Part shown: one piece after another, positions 26,577 through 36,064 of the stretch | Position numbering within the stretch: position 1 is the stretch's first letter | How the letters are laid out: the number at the start of each line of letters is the position of its first letter | Source: Candidatus Poribacteria bacterium | Lineage (GTDB): Bacteria; Poribacteria; WGA-4E; WGA-3G | Direction: 5' to 3' | DNA: 64,000 nucleotides | Assembly (NCBI GenBank): GCA_965198235.1 | Contig: OZ240248.1 | Coordinates: 2,336,001 to 2,400,000 of the forward strand | Position numbers and translations under genes: made by a program | Notes under the pieces: generated by a model | Database searches by the model: none | What the model was told of the DNA's origin: nothing | Seen by the model: the letters and a program-made list of their open reading frames with translations, nothing else

Positions 26577-27644
26577 ATGAGTGACACCAAATATCGTGTG
26601 GCCATCATCGGCTGTGGACGGATGGGGCAAAACTACGCGGAAGCATATACCACTTATCCCGACACAGAAATCGTCGCAATTGCCGATGCCAATGTGCAAC
26701 GGCGGGATGTTCTCGGTGCCCGCTTTGACGTTGCGGCTCTTTATTCAGATATAGAAATCCTATTGCGGGACATTGTGCCAGACATCGCGGTGGTCGTCAC
26801 ACCCACGAAATACATGAAAGATGTGGTGATTGCCTGTGCCGAAGCCGGTGTCAAAGGTATCTCCACCGAGAAACCGATTGCCGCGTGTTTACAAGATGCC
26901 GATGCAATGGTTGAGGTATGTGCTGAGCGCGGTGTTGTATTCGCGGGGGGCAACCTGCAGCGGGCGATGAATGAGGTTCAAGAGGCGGCATCTCGGCTAC
27001 ACAATGGCGAATTTGGGCACATCAGAGGCGCGAGTGTTCATGGGTTCGGCGGCGAAATCTCTGGTGGCGGATGCCAACACATCTCCGTACTACGTCTGTT
27101 CACCAATGCTGAGGTTGAGGAAATCATCGCGTGGGGAACCCCTCCTGAGGCGTTAGATGCAGAAACCGATGAAGGTTTAATCATCAATGGACGCTTTCTT
27201 CTTACGAATGGGCTGGAATGCAGTGTCTTTGGAACCCCAACGTCTTGCCGTGGTGTAGATGTTTGGACAGATGAATGCCTCGTCCGATGGGATTGGAACC
27301 CACCTGAAATTTTCAAAGGGTGCGACCAGCACGGCAATCGCGTCCGTATTGATCCCAACTACAGTCCCTACCCATGGAATGAATTCAGTTACCTCACAGG
27401 CTCCATTCGCTCCTTCTTAGCGGCTGTTGATGGCAACGGACATCCGTGGATTACAGGCGCAGATCTCCGACAAGCGTTGGAGGTCGCCATTGCTGCGAAA
27501 CTCTCCGCAACCCGAAACAGCACACCCGTCAAACTCCCGCTTGAGGACAGAGCTTTAGCACTCTATCCACGTCCCTATCGGTGGCTCGGAGGGGATGCAA
27601 CTGGTAAGCCTCAGAGTGTCACAGAAGCGACAGGAAAACAATAA
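26577..27644 (+). CDS. Gfo/Idh/MocA family oxidoreductase
   Basis: IIGCGRMG, EKPIA; AGGAGG RBS. Confidence 0.9.
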   Translation: MSDTKYRVAIIGCGRMGQNYAEAYTTYPDTEIVAIADANVQRRDVLGARFDVAALYSDIEILLRDIVPDIAVVVTPTKYMKDVVIACAEAGVKGISTEKPIAACLQDADAMVEVCAERGVVFAGGNLQRAMNEVQEAASRLHNGEFGHIRGASVHGFGGEISGGGCQHISVLRLFTNAEVEEIIAWGTPPEALDAETDEGLIINGRFLLTNGLECSVFGTPTSCRGVDVWTDECLVRWDWNPPEIFKGCDQHGNRVRIDPNYSPYPWNEFSYLTGSIRSFLAAVDGNGHPWITGADLRQALEVAIAAKLSATRNSTPVKLPLEDRALALYPRPYRWLGGDATGKPQSVTEATGKQ

Positions 27645-27696
27645 ATCAGATTAACTCGGAGCACTATATCAGGCTTTAAGTAAGGAGGTGCCATCG

Positions 27697-28485
27697 ATGA
27701 ACGAAGATCAAAAATACCTATTCGATTTGACCGGATACCTCATCGTCGAAAACGCTTTGACGGCAGAAGAGGTCGCCCAGTGCAACGCTGCCATCGACCA
27801 TCACATTGAAGGACTGAGGGAACGCGACACCTCTCTGGCAGGTGGTTCAGCGGCACTCTCTGGCACAGCACACCGAATGGACATGGGGGGCATGCTCGCC
27901 TGGGAAAAACCGTGGTGTGAACCGTTCCGAAATTTGCTCGTCCATCCCAATATTAAACCCTGCCTTAAGGGGATTTTAGGGCAAAAATATCGACTTGATC
28001 ACGGTCCAGGCTTAATCGCTATGGAAAAAGGCACAGAAGGTGGCACTTTACATGGCGGTGGGATCGAACGTCCGGATTTCTCCGAAGCCTATTTCTTCAA
28101 ATACGGGCGCATATACACAGGTTTGACTGTCGTTGAATACATGCTCGCTGACGAGGGACCCGGCGATGGGGGTTTAGCTATCGTACCGGGCAGTCATAAG
28201 GCGAACCTTCCGTGTCCCAGCAGCATGAAACAGTACGAGCAATATCGAAATCAAGTGCTTGAAGTCAATGCCAAGGCTGGCGATGCTGTGATTTTCACTG
28301 AAACGCTGACCCACGGCACGCTCCCGTGGACGGGTAGCGATCAACGGCGCGCACTACTTTACAAGTTCAGCCCTGGATTCCAGTCTTATGGCGTGGGGGC
28401 ACACCAGATTACGTATCCCGATTACATTGAGGATATGTCTCCCGAGCAGCGAGAAGTTATGGAGGCACCCCATATCCGACACTAA
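27697..28485 (+). CDS. PhyH-family Fe(II)/2-oxoglutarate enzyme with HxG in place of HxD
   Basis: GYLIVENAL, LHGG, GGLAIVPGSHK, AGDAVIF..LTHG, RR; AAGGAGG RBS. Confidence 0.85.
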   Translation: MNEDQKYLFDLTGYLIVENALTAEEVAQCNAAIDHHIEGLRERDTSLAGGSAALSGTAHRMDMGGMLAWEKPWCEPFRNLLVHPNIKPCLKGILGQKYRLDHGPGLIAMEKGTEGGTLHGGGIERPDFSEAYFFKYGRIYTGLTVVEYMLADEGPGDGGLAIVPGSHKANLPCPSSMKQYEQYRNQVLEVNAKAGDAVIFTETLTHGTLPWTGSDQRRALLYKFSPGFQSYGVGAHQITYPDYIEDMSPEQREVMEAPHIRH

Positions 28486-28604
28486 ACTGTCGGAACGGTT
28501 ATTCAACTCAATTTCTGCTGGTGAGGTTTCAACCTCGCTTACTTTGAAAGGCACATAAGAGCCATCTCCAGATCTCGGCATTTCATCTATTGAAGGAGAA
28601 AACC

Positions 28605-29552
28605 ATGTCAAAACTACGAGTTGCTGTCATCGGTTGCGGTGGGAGAGGTCGCGGTCACATGAAAATCCTTTCGGAATTTGACGATACTGATCTCGTTTCC
28701 GTTTGCGATCCGGTTGAAGCGGCACGAGACAATGCCGCGGACATGTTCAACGTTCCAACCCGCTACGAGAGCATTGAGGCGTTGTTGGACAACGAAGCCT
28801 TAGACGCTATTTTTGTCGCTACACCCGCACACCTCAATGGCGAGGCAGCACTCCCCTGTTTTGAACGCGGGGTCCACACGCTTTTAGAAAAACCACCGGG
28901 TATGAGTGTCTCAGAAACGGTCGCTTTGCGGAGTGCCGCAGAACGAACAGGCGCGAAAGGGATGGTGGGCTGGAACCGCCGCTTTCACCCGATCATCGTC
29001 GAGGCGAAACGTCAAGTTACCGCCCGCGGTCCCGTGACGCAAATCGTCGGTGAATTCCACAAGAGCATCACCCGATTGGCACAACACGGCAGATTCCCAG
29101 AACACTTGATGGACAACATGTTTCTGGAGACACCTATCCACGCGCTTGATGCGATCCGCGCCATCGCCGAAGCCGATGTCCAAGAAGTCCATAGTGTCGT
29201 TCAGCGGACAATCTCAGATTACAAAGATGTCCATGCTGCGCTCATTCTGTTTGATAACGGCTGTGTCGCCCAACACATCGCCAACTACACCACAGACGCA
29301 CGCCTTGAGCGTTATGAGATTCACGGTAGAGACATCTCTGCTTATCTTGAGGGGGTTTCCCACGGAACGGTTTTCTGCGATGGCACGCAACACAAACTCA
29401 CCGAAGCAGGCACCGGTGGCACTGTTGAGCAAAACAGGTATTTCTTGGATTGTGTCAAATCCGATACCCCCGTTTCGTTCCCTGCTGCCAACCTTGACGA
29501 GGCTGTTAAAACCATGCAACTCGCCGAAGCAATCCTAAGTGGATTGCGTTAA
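28605..29552 (+). CDS. Gfo/Idh/MocA family oxidoreductase
   Basis: VIGCGGRG, EKPP, NRRF, IHALD. Confidence 0.9.
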   Translation: MSKLRVAVIGCGGRGRGHMKILSEFDDTDLVSVCDPVEAARDNAADMFNVPTRYESIEALLDNEALDAIFVATPAHLNGEAALPCFERGVHTLLEKPPGMSVSETVALRSAAERTGAKGMVGWNRRFHPIIVEAKRQVTARGPVTQIVGEFHKSITRLAQHGRFPEHLMDNMFLETPIHALDAIRAIAEADVQEVHSVVQRTISDYKDVHAALILFDNGCVAQHIANYTTDARLERYEIHGRDISAYLEGVSHGTVFCDGTQHKLTEAGTGGTVEQNRYFLDCVKSDTPVSFPAANLDEAVKTMQLAEAILSGLR

Positions 29553-29612
29553 TCAATTTTGAAACTTTCGCTGGCGAGGTTTGCAACCTCGCCTTTCAAA
29601 AGGAACACGACG

Positions 29613-30437
29613 ATGCCAACCCTCGACGAACGCTTTGAAGCCTATAAAACCGATGGTTTCACAATCTTTGAGAAGGTTTTTGACGAACCCCAAATGCAAA
29701 GTTGGCGAGAGAAACATCACGAACTCTCCGCAGCCAATGACCGGCAAATGTGGTTCGGAAATACGCTTGAATTGGCACCTGAACTGATGTGGTCCGCTGT
29801 CGCTCACCCGACCATTCTTGAATTTGTAGAAAAGGTGATGGGTCCTTTTGTGCAATTAGACAACCTCACGCTCGCCGCCTTTGCATCAATTGAAAAGGAA
29901 AAAGCGGAGGGCAGAGTCTCTGGATGGCACCGTGATCGCTGGGCACACGTTCCTTTTACCAATGCCTATCATCGCCCGAACGCCATCAACGCGATATCCT
30001 ATTTGCAGGACTTAACAGATGCGTACGGACCCCTCCGTGTCATTGTCGGCTCGCATCGAAAACCGATTACCATAGAGGATTCGCAACGTAGCGTCCCACA
30101 TCCCGACGAAACACTGGTCCACATGGAAGCTGGCGATGTCGTTATCACACATAACGGACTCATCCACTCCGGCACACCGAATACCTCTGAAAACTTACGC
30201 TATTTCTTCAGTATCTATTATAACCTGACATGGTTGAAACATACCGATCATCACACGGGTCCCCATACCCAAAAGTTGTTGGAAACTGCGAAAGCCACCA
30301 ATAATCATCAACACATGCGGCTCCTCGGTATGGACGAGCAACTCCAACCCCGATGCAACTCTGGCTTCCTCTGCTCCGACGAAGAACGCTGGGAAGAGTG
30401 GGCAACCGCTGACCGAGAAGCGATAAAGGAGGTATAA
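29613..30437 (+). CDS. PhyH-family dioxygenase
   Basis: WHRD, GPLRVIVGSH, AGDVVI..LIHSG, R. Confidence 0.88.
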   Translation: MPTLDERFEAYKTDGFTIFEKVFDEPQMQSWREKHHELSAANDRQMWFGNTLELAPELMWSAVAHPTILEFVEKVMGPFVQLDNLTLAAFASIEKEKAEGRVSGWHRDRWAHVPFTNAYHRPNAINAISYLQDLTDAYGPLRVIVGSHRKPITIEDSQRSVPHPDETLVHMEAGDVVITHNGLIHSGTPNTSENLRYFFSIYYNLTWLKHTDHHTGPHTQKLLETAKATNNHQHMRLLGMDEQLQPRCNSGFLCSDEERWEEWATADREAIKEV

Positions 30438-30440
30438 CGG

Positions 30441-31187
30441 ATGGCAAATCCAAGCGTAGTGCCACCAACGCTCAACGTTGAACTGGATCACCAACTGCAA
30501 CAAGAGGTCAACTTCTTTCTCAATTGGGGATACCTCATTGTCGACAACGCCGCAACACCAGAGCAGATCGAGTCGTTGCGCGAGGCACTCGATGAAAGTT
30601 ACGAACGCAACAACAAAAGCCAATTCATTGGTGAACTGCTTGAAGAGGATGATCGGTTCGCATTTCTGTTAGACAACCCACCCGTCCTGAAGCGGATGGA
30701 AGCCATATTGGGGACCTGTGTCCAACTCCACAGCGCGACAGCGCGCATTACTGAACCCGGAACGCCAGATCAGCATTGGCATCGCGATGGTCCCTGGCCC
30801 GTCGCACCGAATGGAACGCCTTACGGGAGTCTCCCCGCACAGATTAACTGTGGCTATTATCTCGACGAAGTCACCGATGAAAACGGTCCCACGGTTATCC
30901 AACCCGGCAGCCACAGGGCACTTTTCCGTCCACCCCCTACTCCTGTCGAATTGCCCGATGAAAAACGGGTACTCGTCTCTCCCGGACAAGCGGTTATGTT
31001 CGACGGATGGACATGGCATCGTGGTGCTGCTAACAATTCTTCAGAATGTCGACGCGTCTGCCTGATGTGCTACCAGAACGCGTGGATGAAGTCTCGCGAA
31101 CCCTTTGACGGTCCCCGGGTCACAAAACTCCGAGAAGGGGGTACACCGCAACGGCAGCTCTTACTCGGCGCGATCCCAAAATGGTAA
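30441..31187 (+). CDS. PhyH-family dioxygenase
   Basis: WHRD, NGPTVIQPGSH, WHRG..N..RR. Confidence 0.88.
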   Translation: MANPSVVPPTLNVELDHQLQQEVNFFLNWGYLIVDNAATPEQIESLREALDESYERNNKSQFIGELLEEDDRFAFLLDNPPVLKRMEAILGTCVQLHSATARITEPGTPDQHWHRDGPWPVAPNGTPYGSLPAQINCGYYLDEVTDENGPTVIQPGSHRALFRPPPTPVELPDEKRVLVSPGQAVMFDGWTWHRGAANNSSECRRVCLMCYQNAWMKSREPFDGPRVTKLREGGTPQRQLLLGAIPKW

Positions 31188-31236
31188 AGTAGTAGGCACG
31201 CTCCGTCGTGTGCCTATAAAACGAAGGAATCCAGAA

Positions 31237-32691
31237 ATGAATCTCGCTTATATTGTTATTGATACACTCCGCTACGACTACATCGGTGCGAACGGAAATA
31301 ACTGGATAGAAACACCCAATATTGATCGGTTTGCCTCCAAAGCCTTGGCATACGACTATGCTTTCTGTGCGAGTTTTCCAACTATTCCCTACCGCACTGA
31401 TGTTATCACTGGGCAATACGGCGCGCCCTTCCATGCCTGGAAACCGCTCCGCCACGAGCGCCAAACTTTACCGTGGACGCTCGCAGGAAACGGCTACGCG
31501 ACACAACTCATTCACGATACACCACACCTTGTCAATGGCGGACATAACTTCGATTGGCCCTTCCACGCTTGGACATTCGTTCGCGGTGCGGAAGTAGACA
31601 GAGACTGGATCACCGATACTGTCGTGTGGCCCGACAACTGGACACGTCAACCCCTTTTTGATTGTGTCGATGACAAAGCCGCCGAATCAGGTATGCTTCG
31701 CAGTTACGCACGCGCAAACAGAAACCGCAAAAAACCTGAAGATTGGAACTGTGCACGACTCTTCAACACTGCTGCGCAATTCCTCAAAGACAATGCCAAA
31801 CGAGACAATTTCTTCCTCTGGATAGACTGCTTCGATCCTCACGAACCTTGGGATTCTCCGCTTGAGTTCATGAAAAAATACGATACCCGTCCGGGTTACG
31901 ACGGACGCGTTGATCCGCGCAGTCTTGGAGCGCGGGGTAATGCGAAGCTCTCAGATGAAGCGAAACAACACATCAAAGCGCAATACGCCGCGAAACTCAC
32001 GTGGATGGACCACTGCTTCGGACAGTTCCTTGATGTGCTTGAATCTACTGGGCTTGACAAGAGCACCGCTGTTATCTTAACGGGCGACCACGGCACCAAC
32101 GTTGGTGAACGTGGTAGATTTGGTAAAGGACAACCCGTCCGTCAGCAGGAAGCGCATGTCCCGCTCTTTATTGGACTCCCGGATGGAGATACAGGGAGAA
32201 GCAACGTCATCGTCCAACCGCAAGACTTCTTCCCAACAATTCTCAATATTTTAGGCGAGGCGCGTCCCGACGGCATTGAGGGATACGACATCTTAACCCC
32301 GGCGCGCAACGGAGAAGCCGGCGCAAGGCAGCTTGCCCTCTCAGGTGGAAGTATTGAGCGGTGGGAGAACAGCACAGAGAACCCGAATCTCAACCTCTTT
32401 ACTGTTTTTGATCGGGAATGGAGTTTAGAGGTTGGAACGAAACCTGAAAATTCAAAACTCGTCCGACTTGGGGAATTAGACGACGTTGCGAACGAACACC
32501 CGGATGTCGTTGCCAGACTGCATGCCGCCGCTGTTGATGAAATCGAACGCCGCGGCACCGATCCGGCACTCATGGCATGGCTCCGGAGTGGTGGCGAAGA
32601 CGCGTTCCCTGCTGATGCCCACTACTGGAACGGTTTCCCCGGACCCGCAGGCTACCGCCCCTACTTTGGAAAACTCTATACTGGTGAGTAA
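31237..32691 (+). CDS. sulfatase-fold (alkaline phosphatase superfamily) hydrolase with Thr at the nucleophile position
   Basis: IDTLRYD, TPNIDRFA, PTIPYR..ITG, FDPHEPW, GDHG, HVPL. Confidence 0.85.
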   Translation: MNLAYIVIDTLRYDYIGANGNNWIETPNIDRFASKALAYDYAFCASFPTIPYRTDVITGQYGAPFHAWKPLRHERQTLPWTLAGNGYATQLIHDTPHLVNGGHNFDWPFHAWTFVRGAEVDRDWITDTVVWPDNWTRQPLFDCVDDKAAESGMLRSYARANRNRKKPEDWNCARLFNTAAQFLKDNAKRDNFFLWIDCFDPHEPWDSPLEFMKKYDTRPGYDGRVDPRSLGARGNAKLSDEAKQHIKAQYAAKLTWMDHCFGQFLDVLESTGLDKSTAVILTGDHGTNVGERGRFGKGQPVRQQEAHVPLFIGLPDGDTGRSNVIVQPQDFFPTILNILGEARPDGIEGYDILTPARNGEAGARQLALSGGSIERWENSTENPNLNLFTVFDREWSLEVGTKPENSKLVRLGELDDVANEHPDVVARLHAAAVDEIERRGTDPALMAWLRSGGEDAFPADAHYWNGFPGPAGYRPYFGKLYTGE

Positions 32692-32835
32692 TGGCGGTCA
32701 GCAGTCAGTGGTTAGTCGGGAATCGGAGTGTTTTTGATAGGGGTTTTTGATAGGGTATTTCTGTGGATTTCCCTGCGGATTTCCCCCCTCCTACAAGATG
32801 GGCAATCAGCGATCAGCGGTCAGTTGCTCTTAAAG

Positions 32836-33005
32836 AGCGAGATTAGATGAAGATTAAGAGTTTAATTGGGTAGTGTGCGGTGTTAATTGTCTGAACCAGG
32901 ATTGACAGGCTTCTTCGGTCTTTACAGGATAATAACCGCTTCTGGATTGAAAATTATCCTTCTATGATTACCCAAATATTTTATTAAACTTCATCTAACC
33001 TCGCT
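32836..33005. mobile_element. 170-bp MITE-like element with 22-bp terminal inverted repeats
   Basis: AGCGAGATTAGATGAAGATTAA ... TTAAACTTCATCTAACCTCGCT (2 mismatches). Confidence 0.6.
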
Positions 33006-33151
33006 TTCTTGCAGAAACCTCAGATTTTGTGGGAGGGGATTGTATCCCCGACATTCTTGCGGCAGGGCAACTCCCAATAAACTTGACATGGGCTTGGAAT
33101 TCTGATAGCATATTAACAAAAAACGAGGGTACAAACTAAGGAGATTCTTAA

Positions 33152-33382
33152 ATGAGAAAATCAAATCTTCAGCAGCAAGCAATGACGCTAATTGAGCGAC
33201 TTCCGACCGAAAAACTCAGAGCCGCTATCGATTATATGAACTATCTCTACGATAAGGAAGCATGGGAAGCAACGTACGAATTGGCAAGCGATCCCGAAAT
33301 TGCCAAAAGCCTAGAACAAGCTGAAGCCGATGTGAAAGCCGGTAGACTTAAAAGTTGGGCTGATGTTAAACGGGATGTTTGA
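33152..33382 (+). CDS. type II antitoxin
   Basis: 76 aa, 'EATYELASDPEI..L..A..D..AGR..W'; overlaps downstream toxin. Confidence 0.8.
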   Translation: MRKSNLQQQAMTLIERLPTEKLRAAIDYMNYLYDKEAWEATYELASDPEIAKSLEQAEADVKAGRLKSWADVKRDV

Positions 33383-33638
33383 AGTTCAATTCACCGGTAG
33401 GGCACAAGCGGATTACAACGATCTTGATACCAATATGGAACGCCGGGTCAATGAAGCAATTGAGCGGTTAATCCAGAATCCCTTCTTTGGACCTAATATC
33501 GTCAAACTCAAGGGCTCTCACATTGAACAGTATCGCTATCGTGTTGGAAGTTATAGGATAATCTATGAGGTAGACTCGCAAAATCAAAAATGCGTTGTCC
33601 TGAGTATCTCCACGCGAGGAAAAGCGTATAACCCATAA
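33375..33638 (+). CDS. RelE/ParE-family toxin
   Basis: NP..G..IVKLKG, YRYRVGSYRIIYEV, RGKAY. Confidence 0.88.
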   Translation: MFEVQFTGRAQADYNDLDTNMERRVNEAIERLIQNPFFGPNIVKLKGSHIEQYRYRVGSYRIIYEVDSQNQKCVVLSISTRGKAYNP

Positions 33639-33696
33639 TTCAGGACTATGCGATTATCGGAATCCATAAATTTACCTTCTCACAAAGGAGAAAACC

Positions 33697-34746
33697 ATGC
33701 CACGCACATATAAAGCCTGTCTCATCGGATGCGGACGGATGGGCGCAACCATCGACGACGAAGTCGCAGGCAGACCCGATAGTTTTATTTGGCAACCCTT
33801 CTCGCACGCAGCAGCCGCTGTCGCCTGTGAACGAACAGACCTCGTCGCTGTCTCCGATGTCTTTGCCGAAAAAGCCGAAGCCATCCGACAACGCTACGGA
33901 GCCGAACGTGCCTATACGGACTACCAAGAGATGATCGAGAAAGAGAAACCCGACATCGTCTGTATCGCCACGCGTCCCGGTCCACACGCCGACATCACCG
34001 TCTTTGCCGCCGAAAATGGGGTCAAGGGCATCTATTGCGAAAAACCGCTCTGCTGCGCTATGGAAGAAGCAGACATCATGGTAGACATTGTCCAAAAGCA
34101 CGGTGTCAAATTCAACTACGGCACGCAGCGTCGCTACATGCCAATCTATCGCAAAATCCGTGAACTCGTAGACGCTGGCGAAATCGGCGATGTCCAATGC
34201 TCCATTGCCCAATACGGTGCCAGTTCTGCTCTCTGGGGCTTAACTCACGCCGCAGATATGCTCCTCTTTCTCGCGGGTGACCCGGAGGTAGATTTCGTGC
34301 AGGGCGCGATTATATGCAAAGATTCGGATTGGGACGGCAACCGTCTCAACGTTGACCCCGGTATCGCTTCTGGTTACATCCGTTTTTCTAACGGAGTCCA
34401 CGGGTATAACACCGCAGGTACCGGACCCGAATATGAGATCTGCGGCACCGGCGGCAAGATCCGCGTGCAGAACAACAGCAGAGAGATCCAATTTCGAAAA
34501 AAAGATGGGACATTTTTTGAAGAAGTGCCGTTCCCTGAGGTCTCTCGTGCCACTGGCACCGTCATGGGTATCACTGACATCGCCGAAGCGCTCGACGAAG
34601 ACCGCGAAACCAAGGGACCCGTTCACCTCGCGCGTCGGAGTCAAGAGACACTTATGGGCATGATCGAATCGCATCGGCTCGGTGGCAAGCACATCTCACT
34701 CCCCATGGAAAACCGATCTCTCTATGTTACCAGAGACAACTGGTAA
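33697..34746 (+). CDS. Gfo/Idh/MocA family oxidoreductase
   Basis: LIGCGRMG, CEKPL, QRRY. Confidence 0.9.
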   Translation: MPRTYKACLIGCGRMGATIDDEVAGRPDSFIWQPFSHAAAAVACERTDLVAVSDVFAEKAEAIRQRYGAERAYTDYQEMIEKEKPDIVCIATRPGPHADITVFAAENGVKGIYCEKPLCCAMEEADIMVDIVQKHGVKFNYGTQRRYMPIYRKIRELVDAGEIGDVQCSIAQYGASSALWGLTHAADMLLFLAGDPEVDFVQGAIICKDSDWDGNRLNVDPGIASGYIRFSNGVHGYNTAGTGPEYEICGTGGKIRVQNNSREIQFRKKDGTFFEEVPFPEVSRATGTVMGITDIAEALDEDRETKGPVHLARRSQETLMGMIESHRLGGKHISLPMENRSLYVTRDNW

Positions 34747-34815
34747 CATGTCCCTTGCCTGTTTCATCTTGTTCGGGCGGGTCCCCGTGCCCGCCCATTC
34801 CGTCAACTTACAAAC

Positions 34816-35802
34816 ATGAACTTAGAGATCCAAATCCAGCAATTCCGAGAAACCTTTTATAACGTCAAAGCCGAAGTCCAAAAACGCATCGTCGGTCAAG
34901 ATGCGATCATCGAAGGTGTGCTTTTCTGTCTACTCACCAACGGACACGCGCTCCTTGAGGGTATTCCTGGTTTAGGGAAAACACAGCTGATTTATACCCT
35001 CAGCGAGGCACTCGACCTTTCCTTCAAGCGCATCCAATTCACGCCGGACATGATGCCCTCCGACATCACAGGCACAACACTCCTCATTGAGGATGAACAC
35101 GGCAGAAGGCAGTTTGAATTCCAGCAGGGACCCATTTTCTCCCAACTCATCCTCGCCGATGAGATCAACCGTGCCACACCCCGCACCCAATCCGCACTCC
35201 TTGAGGCGATGCAAGAGCGGACTGTCACCGTCGGACGCACCAGCCACAAGTTAGAAGAACCGTTTTGCGTCCTCGCCACACAAAACCCGTTGGAAATGGA
35301 AGGCACCTATCCACTCCCAGAGGCGCAACTCGACCGATTCCTATTCAAACTTCTGATCGATTTTCCCAGTGAAGATGAAATCGTCGAAATCCTACGCCGT
35401 ACCACATCCGGTGCCGAGATCACTATCGACAAGGTGACGAATGCTGAGACGCTCAACCAGATGCGTCAACTGGTGCCACAAGTCATCATTGCTGAGCATG
35501 TCGAACGTCACATCATTCGACTTGTCCGCGGCACGCACCCCGATTCAGAGGACGCACCGGAGATCGTCAAACACTACGTCCATCTCGGCGCGGGTATTCG
35601 GAGTGTCCAAGCGATAGCCCTCACCGCTAAAATCAATGCTCTCCTTGACGAACGCTACAACGTCGCTTTTTCGGATCTCGATGCTGTGTTGCTCCCCGCG
35701 CTCCGTCACCGTATCCTCCTCAACTTCGAGGGACAAGGCGAAGGGATTGCCCCTGATACCATTGTCAATGAAGTCCGCAAAGTCATAACCCCAACGCCAT
35801 GA
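34816..35802 (+). CDS. MoxR-family AAA+ ATPase
   Basis: GIPGLGKT, RIQFTPD, DEINRA, ATQNPLE.EGTYPLPEAQLDRF. Confidence 0.95.
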   Translation: MNLEIQIQQFRETFYNVKAEVQKRIVGQDAIIEGVLFCLLTNGHALLEGIPGLGKTQLIYTLSEALDLSFKRIQFTPDMMPSDITGTTLLIEDEHGRRQFEFQQGPIFSQLILADEINRATPRTQSALLEAMQERTVTVGRTSHKLEEPFCVLATQNPLEMEGTYPLPEAQLDRFLFKLLIDFPSEDEIVEILRRTTSGAEITIDKVTNAETLNQMRQLVPQVIIAEHVERHIIRLVRGTHPDSEDAPEIVKHYVHLGAGIRSVQAIALTAKINALLDERYNVAFSDLDAVLLPALRHRILLNFEGQGEGIAPDTIVNEVRKVITPTP

Positions 35803-35852
35803 CTTCTCCTTCGCCAGTGAAGTTTCCCAACCTCGCCAGATAAATTAATTCC

Positions 35853-35881
35853 TTGACATCTCCTCGAATTTACACTATAAT
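35853..35881 (+). promoter_or_regulatory. consensus sigma70 promoter upstream of fic
   Basis: TTGACA-17 bp-TATAAT. Confidence 0.75.
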
Positions 35882-35882
35882 A

Positions 35883-36036
35883 ACCTAAGTTGCCACGGAC
35901 AAGATTTTAGGTAAGCAGATGCCATTTTTCATGAAAAGTGGTTCATTATCCGTAGAAGTTTTGTAGCGTAAACTTTCAGTTTGCGCATGTATAGGCACAA
36001 TCTAAAAGATTATGCTACAAAGGTAGCAACTTGGGT
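35883..36036. mobile_element. 154-bp MITE with IS982-like ends and 7-bp target duplication
   Basis: ends ACCTAAGTTGCCAC / GTAGCAACTTGGGT flanked by direct repeats TATAATA (35876-35882, 36037-36043). Confidence 0.8.
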
Positions 36037-36064
36037 TATAATATAGAATCCAAGATTATCAAAA

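Noticed and set aside
34816-35802. MoxR-DUF58-vWA chaperone operon
   Set aside because: Partner genes are absent here; a lone MoxR is unremarkable
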